Source: a virus
Taxonomy: Duplodnaviria > Caudoviricetes
Length of the DNA stretch: 56,492 nt
Reading direction: 5' to 3' (one strand)
IMG/VR virus record: IMGVR_UViG_3300023284_000467
Location: 1-56,492 of that record
Shown here piece by piece: positions 37,362-48,058 of this stretch; position 1 is the stretch's first letter, and every line of letters begins with the position of its first letter. Made by a program: the position numbers and the translations under genes. A model generated the notes under the pieces. It ran no database searches, was not told the origin of the DNA, and saw only the letters and a program-made list of their open reading frames with translations.

Positions 37362-38639
37362 TTATCTCGAATCTGGGTATCTGAATAGATGATCCTGTCC
37401 AGGTACGTGAGGTTCACCGCGAAAGTTAAACACGTTGTCAAATTTAGTTTTACAGGTGGTCAACTTCTTATCGCATCCCGCATGAACTTCATAAGTATCC
37501 CCGCTAACAACCGTGAACGGCATCGCCGTATAAAGTTCAAATGCCCCTGTTGAAAGCGTATAGTCTTTGACCTCGATACCGATGCCGATATTATTTCCAG
37601 TCGTGAAAGTCAGAAGCCCGAACGTCCAGAAATCATCTGCCTCTGTTCGGCTTGTGTCAGCAAAGTTTGAACTATCTGTAACGCCCGTTAGCGTTCCGGT
37701 TAAAGTCAGGGCCTGAATAGTCGTCCAAACAACTGAACCATCAGCCGTTGTATTTCCAATGGTCAAATCCCAAGAAGGTTCGCTGCCACCTGAGGTTCCA
37801 GCCGTTGTGCATTTAAAATGCCTGCCGTTCTCCGTCGTTGGTCTCACCACCGACCCGGCCCCCGCATCGCCTGTCGGCCTCACGGTGAAAGCTGTTGTCG
37901 CTGTCCACACCGGAGGCTCAAGACGGACCGAGCATTCTGTATCTCGGAGTTCCACTCTGCAAGTAACTGAATAGCGGTTTACTCTTCTTTGCTGTAAAAA
38001 ATCTGCCATGCCTCGGAGTTCGGCAACAAAACTATCCCGTTTCGTTGAGATCTCCCCCAGGTTTCCTTTTCTAAGAATCATCTCACCGTCTGCCAGCACG
38101 TTATAATTAAACAAAGCAATCTCGATTTCTGCGAAATCATATCTTCCTGCGTCGATATCACTGTCAGTGATTGTCGTGGAGTCCAAAGTTCCAAGCACGT
38201 CGAGATTATCAACTGAGAGATCCCCCGCGCTTTTTATTTCCGTCGCTTCGTAAGAAAGAGCTGCTTTATAAGTTACCTTTCCTATAACCACGTCTGAAGA
38301 GTTCGAGGTAAATCCAAGAATTTTCTCGGCCACGCCGCCAGAAATATAAGCCGTATCGCCCGTTGTGTTCCTGTCGATTTCAAAAGTTGTCGTAGTCAAC
38401 ACCGTGATCTTAAATTCCAAATTATTTACTTCTGTCATTCCCACCACATCAACGATTCTCACGGGATCATTAGTGGAATAACCATGCGCCCATCGAGTCG
38501 TCACAACCCCAGGATTGGCTTGCGTGATGTTATTGATCTTGGGCTGATGCTGGCGCAATGTGATCTTCCACCGCTGAGCAACCGTGGTTGATTCCAGGGC
38601 AAGGTGAGTTTTAAGATTTGCGCCTATGGTTTTACTCAT
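37362..38639 (-). CDS. Baseplate hub protein (DUF2163/BR0599) with two inserted domains
   Basis: GRYDFAEI, AELRG, CRVELRDTEC, GCDK...CKTKFDNVFNFRGEPHVPG. Confidence 0.88.
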   Translation of the reverse strand: MSKTIGANLKTHLALESTTVAQRWKITLRQHQPKINNITQANPGVVTTRWAHGYSTNDPVRIVDVVGMTEVNNLEFKITVLTTTTFEIDRNTTGDTAYISGGVAEKILGFTSNSSDVVIGKVTYKAALSYEATEIKSAGDLSVDNLDVLGTLDSTTITDSDIDAGRYDFAEIEIALFNYNVLADGEMILRKGNLGEISTKRDSFVAELRGMADFLQQRRVNRYSVTCRVELRDTECSVRLEPPVWTATTAFTVRPTGDAGAGSVVRPTTENGRHFKCTTAGTSGGSEPSWDLTIGNTTADGSVVWTTIQALTLTGTLTGVTDSSNFADTSRTEADDFWTFGLLTFTTGNNIGIGIEVKDYTLSTGAFELYTAMPFTVVSGDTYEVHAGCDKKLTTCKTKFDNVFNFRGEPHVPGQDHLFRYPDSR

Positions 38640-39265
38640 AACCGAATTTCTCTCACTGGCATTGCGGGTAAATTCCTTGCCTGGAATGCTGTCAACGATA
38701 TTTCAAGGTTGTCCATATCGAAGCGAACCGGAACATCGTATTCATAGCCAGCTTTGACAACTACACCAACCCCAGGGGCAACCGAAAAAGTAATCGTTCC
38801 CAAGTTATTATCAATCGTAAAGCCAGCCCCTTGCACAACGTCATCAAGGGTAACGATGACGGTTCCAGAAACCAATTTTTTTATCGTCTTAACTTGCGTC
38901 AAGCTTCCAGTGATATAGTTCTTCACCACTTGAAAGACGGTCTTAGCTGCGTCACCTGTTCCAAGGGTTTGATCGCTACCCCCGACTGTGGCTTGAGGCG
39001 ACACGCTTTTAAAATCTGTGAAATCTTTAAACCGGAATCCATGAGTCTTACCCTGCATCGCATTGAAAAATAAAAGCAACGTGTTCATGTCAGCTTCAGT
39101 TTTGATGCCTTGCGATACGTCCCACCGTCTTAAAGGTTCAGCCCAATTTGCATTTCTTTGCTCGAAGCCGCTGCTCAATATGATAACGGAAGTGTCAAAG
39201 ATCGGACCGCCTGAAGATCCGAAAGCGATAGCCGAGGGAAATCTTGGTGTCTCGATGAAGCTCAC
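38636..39265 (-). CDS. Distal tail protein (DUF2460)
   Basis: FP..IAFGSSGGP, SGFEQRNANW, GFRFKDFTDF, YDVPVRFD. Confidence 0.9.
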   Translation of the reverse strand: MSFIETPRFPSAIAFGSSGGPIFDTSVIILSSGFEQRNANWAEPLRRWDVSQGIKTEADMNTLLLFFNAMQGKTHGFRFKDFTDFKSVSPQATVGGSDQTLGTGDAAKTVFQVVKNYITGSLTQVKTIKKLVSGTVIVTLDDVVQGAGFTIDNNLGTITFSVAPGVGVVVKAGYEYDVPVRFDMDNLEISLTAFQARNLPAMPVREIRL

Positions 39266-42200
39266 AGATTGCGCCTCGCCCTGTCTATGGTCCTTGCCAT
39301 TTGCGCTGTGATCTGAGCTTCAGACCTTTGAAAACCCCCGACATCAGGTGTCGTTACATTAAAATTGACAGTGACCGTACCAGACTCTCCTGCGGGTGTC
39401 ACCGTTTCACCTCTGTGCAAAATAGTCGGGAATTCATCAGACTTCAGACCCGCAATCCCTCCTAATTGCATTCTCCGCGCATTCGCGAAGGCATTCAATG
39501 GAACCATTCGACTCGGGAAATCAGTCTTACCGACAACTCCACCCTTTTTGGCAAAAAACGATGGGATAAATTGTACTAGAGTGTCAAGAATTCCACCACC
39601 CCCACCACCACCTCCACCCTTAAACAGATTCGCTAAAAAATCACCAAGACCAGTTGTCGCGGAACTCAAACCCTTAAGAAATCCACCAAAACCCCCAGTC
39701 GCCTGTGTCGAAGCAGCAGCGGTGCCTTCGAGACTCGCGGACGCTGCAGCTGAAGACTGACCGAGCTTTTCAACTGGGTCCTTGACCCATCCTCTCAGCC
39801 GCTGCCTTCAAATCAACAGCAGCCATTTTCAGCTGCGAAGCCGCATTCATCAGGCCCTGTCCAGCGGTGGTAACAGTCTGAGACGAGGTCTGTACGGCAA
39901 CCTTGGAAGCTTCAGCGGTAGCCTGAACGACATCCTGCGAAGCAACAATCTTTTCAGCATTCCTTCAGTTTATCAGCAGCAGCCGCTAACTTTTCAGCTT
40001 GGTTGCCAGGTTCATCTGGCTTGGTCTTAACACCGAACACCTTGTTCAAGGTGTCCCTAAAACTTCCAGCCTTAGCCACTCCCGCTGTTTTGTTCTTGGC
40101 TTCCAGAGCAGCCTGAGCAACATCGGTCAGCTTCTTCTCAAGTGCATCCAGAACCCCGGTGATCGCCCGTTCCTGGAATTTCAACAATATCGAATCAGCA
40201 AGATTACTAAATGCAGACTGGAGACTAGTCGTTCCACGGATCACACCATCGACCGAAGTTCGGATCGCAGACTTTACATCCTCAAATGCTCCGGATACGA
40301 CCTTGGCGGTATCGACCGACTGCTTTTTCCATTCCTTTAGTTGCTCGACCAATCGCGTCATTGCAGCTTCAGCTTTCGGCGTACCGATTTCAGCTAAGTC
40401 GTCCAACGCATTCTCGATCGCCCGAGTAGCAGCTCCAGCGCCATCAAAATCCTTTCCCAGCACCTTTGCTAATCGACTAGACTTCTCCAGTTCAGCACTA
40501 AGTTCCTTCAGGACATCAGCGGTCGTCCGTACAGCAACGCTCGTCTTTTTGGCTGCCTTCGCCGCAGCCTCGTCTCTTTTCTTTTTGGCTGCCGCCCTTC
40601 GATCAGACCGTTCCGCGATCTGCTTTAGTACCTCGTCTATCTCCTCCTGAGTCTCAATATCATCTTCGAGATCCTCTGTTTCTTCTCGTCGCTCAGCGAA
40701 TTGACGGCTTGATTCCGCCATGAGCTTCAATCTTTCTTCAGCTAGAACTTTCAGGCGTTTCTCAAGCATTTCAATTTTCGCCCGTTTCTCAGCCTCCGCT
40801 TCCAACAGCGGAATCATCGGATTCAGAGCCGCAACCCGCTGTCTTTCCAGCTCAATGTTCAGCCTGATTCGTTCCGTATTAATTTCAGCCAAACCAACCT
40901 TAAGCTGCGCCTTACTAAAATCTTCAAGCGCCAGACCAGCTTCTCGCGCAGACTTTTTCGTCTCATCGAACGCACCGGAAGATTTGAGCAACAACGCTGC
41001 CAAAGCAACCAATCCGATGAAAAGCGCACCAGCAGGCGTAAACAACAGAGCCAACGCACCGATCAAAACGGTCAGACCCTTGATAGCTAACAAGATTGGG
41101 CCGATAGCAGCGAGTACGGTTGCGAAAACCGCTATGTTCTTCTGGATACTAGGCGGGAGCTCAGCAAATGCCTGAGCCAGCTTTCTGATCACCTCTGCGA
41201 CCTTCCTCACAGCCGGAGCCAATGTCCTGCCAAAACTTATGCTTGCACCTTCAACAGCTGACTTAAGCTTAACGAGAGCACCTTGGATGCCAGCAAACTG
41301 CACCTTCTCCACTTCAGCAGCTGTTCCACCAGAATTTCTCAACTCCTCCGTAAACTCTTTTAATGCATCTTGCCCTACGGAAAGCAGGGCAGCCATGACT
41401 CTACCACCCTGGTCACCAAAGATCCGAAACAGCTTACCAACAGCTACTGCGCCACCACCTGCATCCTCCATAGCATCCTGCAGTTGACCCAGAATGTCCT
41501 GCAGCGGTCGCATCTTGCCAGTAGCATCAGTGGTACTAATACCCAACTCATCCAGTCTTTCAGCCTGCTGCTTAGTCGGACCTAACAGAACAGAGATCGT
41601 TCTTGCTAAACCAGCACCAGCCCTAGAACCCTGGAGACCCTTATCTCCTAATCGACCAAGAGCCGCAGCTACCTCTTCAAATTCCAGCCCTGCCGCTGCC
41701 GCGACCGGAGACACCAACTTCAGTGATTCATTCAATGTGCTAAGCGTCGTATTCGAACTAATGAAGGTCTTAGCTAGAACATCGTTGACCCGTCCTATCT
41801 CCTCAACATCCAGACTAAATCCACGAAGAACTTTCGATGCAACATCAGCTGCCTCCTCCAGCGTGACAGCACCAGCACCAGCCAACTGTAAGACACCAGG
41901 CAGTGCTTTCATCGCCTCAGTAGCGTCGAAACCCGCAACAGCCAGACTTGTCATGGCCGTCGCTGCCTGCTTAGCTGTGAACTGAGTTGTACGACCCAAT
42001 TCCAACGCCAGATCAGTCATTTCCTTAAACCGTTCACCAGTCGCCTGTGTAACAGCTTGGACACGTCTCATCTGGAAGTCGAAACTGGCAAACTGCTTTA
42101 CTGCAAGACCACCAACCAGAGCTAAAGGTGCACTCAAGCGAAGCGTCAGCGTCTTACCTAGCGCACCTACCCGATCGCCGAATGACCTCAAGCTCTGATT

Positions 42201-42275
42201 CGCCGATCTCAGAGCGCGATTCAGGCCACTCGTGTTACCAGTTAATTTTACTCTTGCTTCTCCAACAACAGCCAT
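39262..42275 (-). CDS. Tape measure protein (TP901-like core) with two apparent extra bases
   Basis: ALELGRTTQFTAKQAA, GLQGSRAG; the frame continues across shifts near 39961 and 39787 to GLKSDEFPTILHRGETV; about 1003 aa if corrected. Confidence 0.85.
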
Positions 42276-42282
42276 GATTTAC

Positions 42283-43028
42283 CTATGCAGCTTCCGTACG
42301 AAGATCCTTACCACCGAACATTGCGTTCATATTCACAACCCTCGTCAACAATATAGACGCAGCCTCGGATGCTTTCCGCACCGGAGCCTTCGTCGGCATG
42401 AAATCTTCGGCAGTAAAAGGCTTGCGATTTCTAGGTCTATGAGCGTTAGCAAACACCGATGCAACTATCCCCGATCTCTGATAGCGCCTGTCCTCATCGG
42501 CTTGCCAACGCCTAACTAAGGCGTGATATTCAATCGGCGTGAGCGACCAGAATTCGTCCTCCGACAGGTTTAAATCGTACCTGCCGATGGACCAGATTTC
42601 GAGCCAGTCGACTCCTTCATTGGAAAAGGGTCTTGGACCGGCCCATCCCCCTTTTCCGGAGCAGGAGTCTGTGCGTTGAAAGCTTCTGCAATTTTATCAC
42701 TGATAGCTTCTATGTTTGTGAAGTTCATCCATTCACCAACCTCAATCAAGGTTGGCGGATTCTTTTCGTGTTGGACGGCACCCCAAATCAAAGCACGCAT
42801 GTCGCTTACCCCTAGCTGCGCCGTTCCGACCACAACGTCGTTGTTGCAGGAGAGACATTTTACAGTCGTCTCACTACCCCCGATGATGGCTGTGATCGGA
42901 GTCCACCGTCCACGAAAGCTTGATACGGCCTTTTCTGCTAATGAAAGGCCATTAAAATCGAACTTCAGCTCCAGCTTTCGCTCGCCGATATCTATCTCTA
43001 CAAGCCGAACAGCACTCGCTTTGGCCAT
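42283..43028 (-). CDS. Tail assembly chaperone G (42570..43028) and -1 frameshift product GT
   Basis: Slippery C CCT TTT at 42624..42630; the -1 frame reads WLEIWSIGRYDLNLSEDEFWSLTPIEY...PFTAEDFMP to a stop at 42283. Confidence 0.85.
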
Positions 43029-43038
43029 CAGTCACCTA

Positions 43039-43479
43039 TTATCCGGTCAGAGTTGGCTGACCAGTCAACTTAATCGTCACATCCATCGTCAACTGGGCAG
43101 CGACTGGAGCCGATGGACTTACGTTCGTAACATATCCAGAAATGCTCCAGGTCGTAGCCGGAGTATCGGTGAACACAAGCTGAAAATTCCGATTTGTACG
43201 ATTCTCAAAGTCATTGATCAAACCAGCCGTCGAGCTTTGAGTTGTATTTGTCGGCAGGAAGTTCACCGAAAATGTGATTTCACCAGACCGGAGAATGGTC
43301 GGTAACGATTCCTCCCAGGAAGCCGCCGAATCCATGTTTGTAATATCCACCAGATCAGAGGTCAAACCCGGACCCGTAATATCCAACACCTCGGCGATGG
43401 TCGTAAAGACTTCCGGAGTCGCAGCATCACCGATTTTGAGTAAAGTTCCAATACCAGCAGTTGCAGCACTCGCAGCCAT
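43039..43479 (-). CDS. Major tail tube protein
   Basis: IAEVLDITGPG...DITNMDS...WEE...SGEITF...TIKLTGQP. Confidence 0.88.
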   Translation of the reverse strand: MAASAATAGIGTLLKIGDAATPEVFTTIAEVLDITGPGLTSDLVDITNMDSAASWEESLPTILRSGEITFSVNFLPTNTTQSSTAGLINDFENRTNRNFQLVFTDTPATTWSISGYVTNVSPSAPVAAQLTMDVTIKLTGQPTLTG

Positions 43480-43494
43480 AATAGTACCTCCTTA

Positions 43495-43860
43495 TCAGAA
43501 TCCTACAGGAAGACGGATGACCGCGAAGGTTAACCCCACAGCCGACCCGGAAAAGTACAGATTTCCATCAGTTTGAATCCATCCTGTCAGTTCAAACGGA
43601 CCAAACATTGCAAAACCATTCGCATCAACTGAGTAAGCAGCTATATTCCCAGTTCTTCCAAATGTATCATTGACGCTGGTAAACGTCGCGGTCAATGCTC
43701 CACCAGTCGTATTACGACCAAGGACAATCTCTCTGCCAGTCAACGACGTTTCTTCATTATTCACGGTATCAGCAGCGAGAAAAGTCAAATCAGCAGTGTT
43801 GCCAGTATACACTCCATAAGCGCCTAGAAGAACCTGCGCAGTGTGAATCTGTCTTGCCAT
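43495..43860 (-). CDS. Virion-associated hypothetical protein
   Basis: Beta-rich; lies between neck and tube genes. Confidence 0.6.
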   Translation of the reverse strand: MARQIHTAQVLLGAYGVYTGNTADLTFLAADTVNNEETSLTGREIVLGRNTTGGALTATFTSVNDTFGRTGNIAAYSVDANGFAMFGPFELTGWIQTDGNLYFSGSAVGLTFAVIRLPVGF

Positions 43861-43863
43861 TTG

Positions 43864-44076
43864 TTATCCCTCCTTGTAGCCAATTACCTTACCGAACCGA
43901 GTCTTAATCGGAATCATCGGACGAGGCTTCGGTGGAGGTTTCGGCATGTGACAAATCTCCCAGTGGTTCACAGCCTGTGCTGGCTCGACCGTATCGAAAT
44001 TACACTCTTCAGCATCACAGACGTACATATCGTAGCTTTTCCATTTCTGAACCTTAAAACCCGGAATTTCCATCAC
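43864..44076 (-). CDS. Small C2H2-like Zn-finger, Pro-rich protein
   Basis: YVCDAEECNF...NHWEICH. Confidence 0.6.
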   Translation of the reverse strand: MMEIPGFKVQKWKSYDMYVCDAEECNFDTVEPAQAVNHWEICHMPKPPPKPRPMIPIKTRFGKVIGYKEG

Positions 44077-44465
44077 GCCACCGCCTTTACGACATCAAAA
44101 TTAACCACCAGCCGGGATCTCTTGTTCTCATCATCTCCCATATCAAACGGACTCTGTCGCGGCATGATCATCAGGTAAAACGCATCCGTGATCGAGGTAT
44201 TCTTGATCGCCCCCAATGTCTTCCAAATACTGTTGATTTTATTACGGGCCGCCACATAGCTGGGATCTCTGGCTATCACTTGAAACATCGGCCTTTCATA
44301 CGCCTGTAGCGGTGAACTATGCGTGTACATCGGTGCCTGACCACCAGTCTCATACAGAGTAACGACAGTATCCGGCGTCGGTGGCATCTGAGACAGAAAC
44401 AAATCTGTCCCTGTGGTCCCAAGACCAGCGCCAACCAGTATAATCGCTATGTCATCCAACAGCAT
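44073..44465 (-). CDS. Tail terminator protein
   Basis: MPPTPD...YETGG...ERPMFQVIAR...D.NKR...VNF; position. Confidence 0.75.
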   Translation of the reverse strand: MLLDDIAIILVGAGLGTTGTDLFLSQMPPTPDTVVTLYETGGQAPMYTHSSPLQAYERPMFQVIARDPSYVAARNKINSIWKTLGAIKNTSITDAFYLMIMPRQSPFDMGDDENKRSRLVVNFDVVKAVA

Positions 44466-44863
44466 TAGCTAACTCCGCGAAGCACGATCTTGTCAGCAAC
44501 CCTACGTTCGAAATCGGCCATCGCACGATTGAACGGATCTTCCAAGTACTTTGCTTTCGTCGGCGGACTGTGCGAGATCCCCAAGTTCTCATGCACTGCC
44601 AATGCATACGGAGCTGCCGGTCCACCGTAACCAGCCTCAACAGTAACCGCTCCTCCAAATGCTATGACCGTGGGCAATACGACACCACTAGCTCTCAAAG
44701 CACCAGTCTTGACAGGAACCTCCAGCTTAGATTCTCCTATGATCTCTTCGGCCTCTTCAGTCAGAGCGCGCGCCAGTGCAGTTGGAGCATTTCGACCGAC
44801 TCTCCTCAGAGCATCCTGCACTAAAGGCAACCCGGTCACAGTCATTCTAAATGCTACTGCCAT
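44465..44863 (-). CDS. HK97 gp10-like neck protein
   Basis: VPVKTGALRAS, YALAVHE, AKYLEDP. Confidence 0.85.
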   Translation of the reverse strand: MAVAFRMTVTGLPLVQDALRRVGRNAPTALARALTEEAEEIIGESKLEVPVKTGALRASGVVLPTVIAFGGAVTVEAGYGGPAAPYALAVHENLGISHSPPTKAKYLEDPFNRAMADFERRVADKIVLRGVS

Positions 44864-45186
44864 TAGACAAATAACACCGTATGGTGCGCTCCTATTTCAT
44901 CTGGAAAGCTCGACACCGCCAATATCGGCGGAGTCAACGGAACGCTCCCAACTGGCAATGTGAGCCGATCTTCGGGATCGAACATATCAGCCGTAGCCAG
45001 ATAAACAGTCTTCGTTGACACCCGCTCCTCGCCTTTTGAATCTCTCACCATCTTCACCTTGCCGACAACCCTTGCCGTAATCGACTGCGCCGTACCATAT
45101 GTCGCTTCGTTGTACGCATTGCGACTGGCAAATGGCTCAATCGTTACAGTCTCCGTCATGAAATCAAGAAAATCTGTTACGCCCAT
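44863..45186 (-). CDS. Head closure (stopper) protein
   Basis: Size, position and NAYNEATYG...V.D..GEE.VS motif. Confidence 0.7.
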   Translation of the reverse strand: MGVTDFLDFMTETVTIEPFASRNAYNEATYGTAQSITARVVGKVKMVRDSKGEERVSTKTVYLATADMFDPEDRLTLPVGSVPLTPPILAVSSFPDEIGAHHTVLFV

Positions 45187-45459
45187 CTATCTCCAAGCAA
45201 CGACACGAACCGTCGCCGTTTCTGCGGCATCACAGATCAGGCCCATTCCTTCAGTGGGGGAAGCCGTGTACTTAATTGTCTCGTTTGCAGCTAGATCGAA
45301 GTCAGTAAGAACAGCAACAGTACTCTTAAACGTAATATGAACCGGATTCGTTCCATCGTTGGTTACATGAACCTCCGTCGCTGCAAACAGAAAAGACAAA
45401 ACAGAATTTACCGCTGTAGCTGAAACCGTAGAAGCGAATTCATCCGCCGCTCTTGCCAT
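45187..45459 (-). CDS. Small beta-rich virion protein
   Basis: TAATG coupling. Confidence 0.6.
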   Translation of the reverse strand: MARAADEFASTVSATAVNSVLSFLFAATEVHVTNDGTNPVHITFKSTVAVLTDFDLAANETIKYTASPTEGMGLICDAAETATVRVVAWR

Positions 45460-46118
45460 TAAACAACCCTCCTCCAGCGTTCTAGCAGCGCAAGCGATCG
45501 TGGCGGCAATCGCGTAAATCCTTCAGCAGCAGCTGTTACGGTTCCATACGTAATCGCCAAATCACCAACTCTCTTGCTCTTGATCGGTCCCGTTGTTGCC
45601 GTCTGACCCCGGACCAGCCACATATCTTTGACCATCTCGATAGCAGCCCTCTCAACGTCAAACGGCAGTGTCGGAGTTGCATCATCACTCAACTCATACC
45701 CTGCCGTGTACGCTACCGTGAACTTCGGGAGTTCGCTATTTGCTATGGTGTACCCAGTCAAATTCCATCCTGTTGCGGCAGTCCAACTCCAACCTGCTTC
45801 TCTTAACAGCAGCCCAGCTTCTGGATTCTCAATCGTAAAATCGGTGATCGTGTCGCCATTTCTAATCACAGACGACACAGCGGTGACCGGAGTCCTGCTC
45901 AGCATCAGATAGATCGAACCGAACCCGGCTACTGTCTCCTTATAGACTTCTTCAGCAAATGGGCGCTCGCAATAACGAACGATAGCTGCACTCGACTGAT
46001 CAATCAGCCGACGGATCAGGTCATCATCAACGTTTGAGTTTGCTATCCCCAGCTCGATCTTGACCCTTGTCAAACTGACTAGCCTTGTCTCTGTCGCTGG
46101 GGTCGTTACTGTCAGCAT
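45459..46118 (-). CDS. Head-tail adaptor
   Basis: LVSLTRVK..L...DDDLI..LI...YCER; YTAGY...LP.DV..A; RVGD. Confidence 0.8.
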   Translation of the reverse strand: MLTVTTPATETRLVSLTRVKIELGIANSNVDDDLIRRLIDQSSAAIVRYCERPFAEEVYKETVAGFGSIYLMLSRTPVTAVSSVIRNGDTITDFTIENPEAGLLLREAGWSWTAATGWNLTGYTIANSELPKFTVAYTAGYELSDDATPTLPFDVERAAIEMVKDMWLVRGQTATTGPIKSKRVGDLAITYGTVTAAAEGFTRLPPRSLALLERWRRVV

Positions 46119-46314
46119 CTTTCACCCTCGGAGCTCCCTTGACCATCTTATCGACCACCGGCGCACTTAACGCCTTTTCAACGACCGGCGCTATCAATTC
46201 AGCCACGCCGTGTTGGAGCAAACTGTCTATTGTCCTTTTATCGAACGACGCCCGCTCCCCAGGATGGTATCCCTGATACGGTTTCAAGAACCGAACAACG
46301 ATCGTAGGCTCCAT
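46027..46314 (-). CDS. Small protein following the capsid genes
   Basis: VRFLKPYQGYHPGE...L...GVAE...DKMV. Confidence 0.6.
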   Translation of the reverse strand: MEPTIVVRFLKPYQGYHPGERASFDKRTIDSLLQHGVAELIAPVVEKALSAPVVDKMVKGAPRVKDADSNDPSDRDKASQFDKGQDRAGDSKLKR

Positions 46315-46320
46315 GCGTCA

Positions 46321-46794
46321 CTACGCTGCCGGTAACTGATCAGCACCACCGAACACAAAGACAGCAGCGATATCTACCGTATCGGTTGCGCCCCTGCTCA
46401 AATCGGAAGTCGACTGAAGCCTGAGATAACGATTGGCAGCCTGAATATCCACATCCATCTCGATCACACCGTTAAACGTCTCAGCCGATGGCGCAGTCCG
46501 TACAATCGTAGCAGGCAAGAAGTCACCAGTCTCCGCTTCGTGATAGTCCGCGAAGGTCGAGTCATCTGCGCTGTCCTGCATGTTCGCTGTGATCGTCAGC
46601 GTTTCCGCCGTGTCAAGCGTCGCACTGAAGCAAATAATGACCTTGAGGCTGTGGTAACTGCTCGTGAAACTCTGACGGTCAATCGATGGCCCATCGATCT
46701 CCGTGTTATCATTACCAGCAGCCGCTGTGATCAGTTCCGGAATCCTGGCGAGTCCGCCTTTAATCATCGCACCAATATCTAGCTGTACACCCAT
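46321..46794 (-). CDS. Capsid decoration (cement) protein
   Basis: G..IDR...QDSAD...FAD...RYLRL; follows the capsid gene. Confidence 0.7.
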   Translation of the reverse strand: MGVQLDIGAMIKGGLARIPELITAAAGNDNTEIDGPSIDRQSFTSSYHSLKVIICFSATLDTAETLTITANMQDSADDSTFADYHEAETGDFLPATIVRTAPSAETFNGVIEMDVDIQAANRYLRLQSTSDLSRGATDTVDIAAVFVFGGADQLPAA

Positions 46795-46851
46795 GTACGT
46801 TTCCTCCCTTCGAAACTCCTATTCACGATCGAACCACTAGCCCATCAAGGC

Positions 46852-48027
46852 TTACGGAATCCAATCAACATCGATCAACACGGCCACGGACGGACTATGC
46901 CGCATAACAAAATCATGCTGTGCGATCGCCCTGACCACTGTCTGGTCAAGCGAGAACGCTGCAACGACATTCGTTCCATCGTGATACGCTGCCTCACCGG
47001 AAGCATCTAGTACCAACGAGGTGAAATCGCCGATGACGGCGTCAGCGAAATCGACCAGATAAATCTCCGACTCGAGCGTGTCAGTCACTGCCAGATTGAT
47101 CGGAATCTGCGTGGTCGAACCAAACGGCCATCCCCAGAACGTGCCACGTTGCACCATCTCGTCGCGGAACGCATAGTTGCCATTTCCGTCCCGAATCGTA
47201 GCTAGAAACATTTCTGTTCTCGGTGCCCAAAGCCAACCAGGCCGGAGCATACGAACATCGTTGTTTCTGAGCTGCAGAACCAGCGCGGCCAGATCACCCG
47301 TCACATTTGACAGGTTGACGGTTGCGTTCACATTCAACAGGTTTGCAGCCGGTGCCCAAAAACGAAGTCCCTTCGGTGTGTCGGCAGTCCCATCATCTCT
47401 GATGAAAGCCAGATCCTGCCGCTGGGCCATTGCCGCTACAAGGTCATCTCTGACAATGTTGTCTGCGCCAACGGTGGGCATCCTTAGCAGATCATTGGAG
47501 ATCGGAACCAAGGCAGCGAGCTTCTTGAACGTCAACACCACCTGGCCGAATGTCGGCTCTGTCTTGGTGATGTTCACATTCTCACCCACGTACGCAGCAG
47601 CAGCTCCACCGGAAATCGTCGGCAATCGCAGCGTTCCAGTATCCATCGGTATCGTCACCGGATTCATCCTCCGGACCACCGATTGCGGTCTGAGCAATTC
47701 GATGATTTCCGAAGCCAGCGCCTCGGGAACCAAGAAGCCACCAGCGGTAGCATCTCCGGCAGCCAGAGCTTTCGCTACGTTGCTATCCTTCCACTGCTTC
47801 TCCGCCCAGGCTGCAGCTCGTTGCGGATCTCCTTTACCAGCCGCTAGTGCGCGGATGATCCGGGCGCAGGTTTGACCCTTGGGTGCTTCTTCTTCTTTGT
47901 GTGGCACATTCCCGATCAGATTCTGCATCCACTGGGTCTGCTGACTCGATTGCTGCTTAAGAGGCTCGATCTGTGTACCAACAACCTCTTTGATCAAATC
48001 GTAGAGCTTATCTCTCGTTAGCTCCAT
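46852..48027 (-). CDS. Major capsid protein, HK97 fold
   Basis: AGGFLVPE, YVGEN, KKLAALVPISNDLL, DGNGNY. Confidence 0.95.
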   Translation of the reverse strand: MELTRDKLYDLIKEVVGTQIEPLKQQSSQQTQWMQNLIGNVPHKEEEAPKGQTCARIIRALAAGKGDPQRAAAWAEKQWKDSNVAKALAAGDATAGGFLVPEALASEIIELLRPQSVVRRMNPVTIPMDTGTLRLPTISGGAAAAYVGENVNITKTEPTFGQVVLTFKKLAALVPISNDLLRMPTVGADNIVRDDLVAAMAQRQDLAFIRDDGTADTPKGLRFWAPAANLLNVNATVNLSNVTGDLAALVLQLRNNDVRMLRPGWLWAPRTEMFLATIRDGNGNYAFRDEMVQRGTFWGWPFGSTTQIPINLAVTDTLESEIYLVDFADAVIGDFTSLVLDASGEAAYHDGTNVVAAFSLDQTVVRAIAQHDFVMRHSPSVAVLIDVDWIP

Positions 48028-48058
48028 TTTGCTCCCTCCCTCTCTTGTTAATACTCAA

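Noticed and set aside
38330-38545. E1 FCCH-like domain as part of the Ubl system
   Set aside because: This module is common in phage tail proteins and lies inside the hub gene 34 kb away
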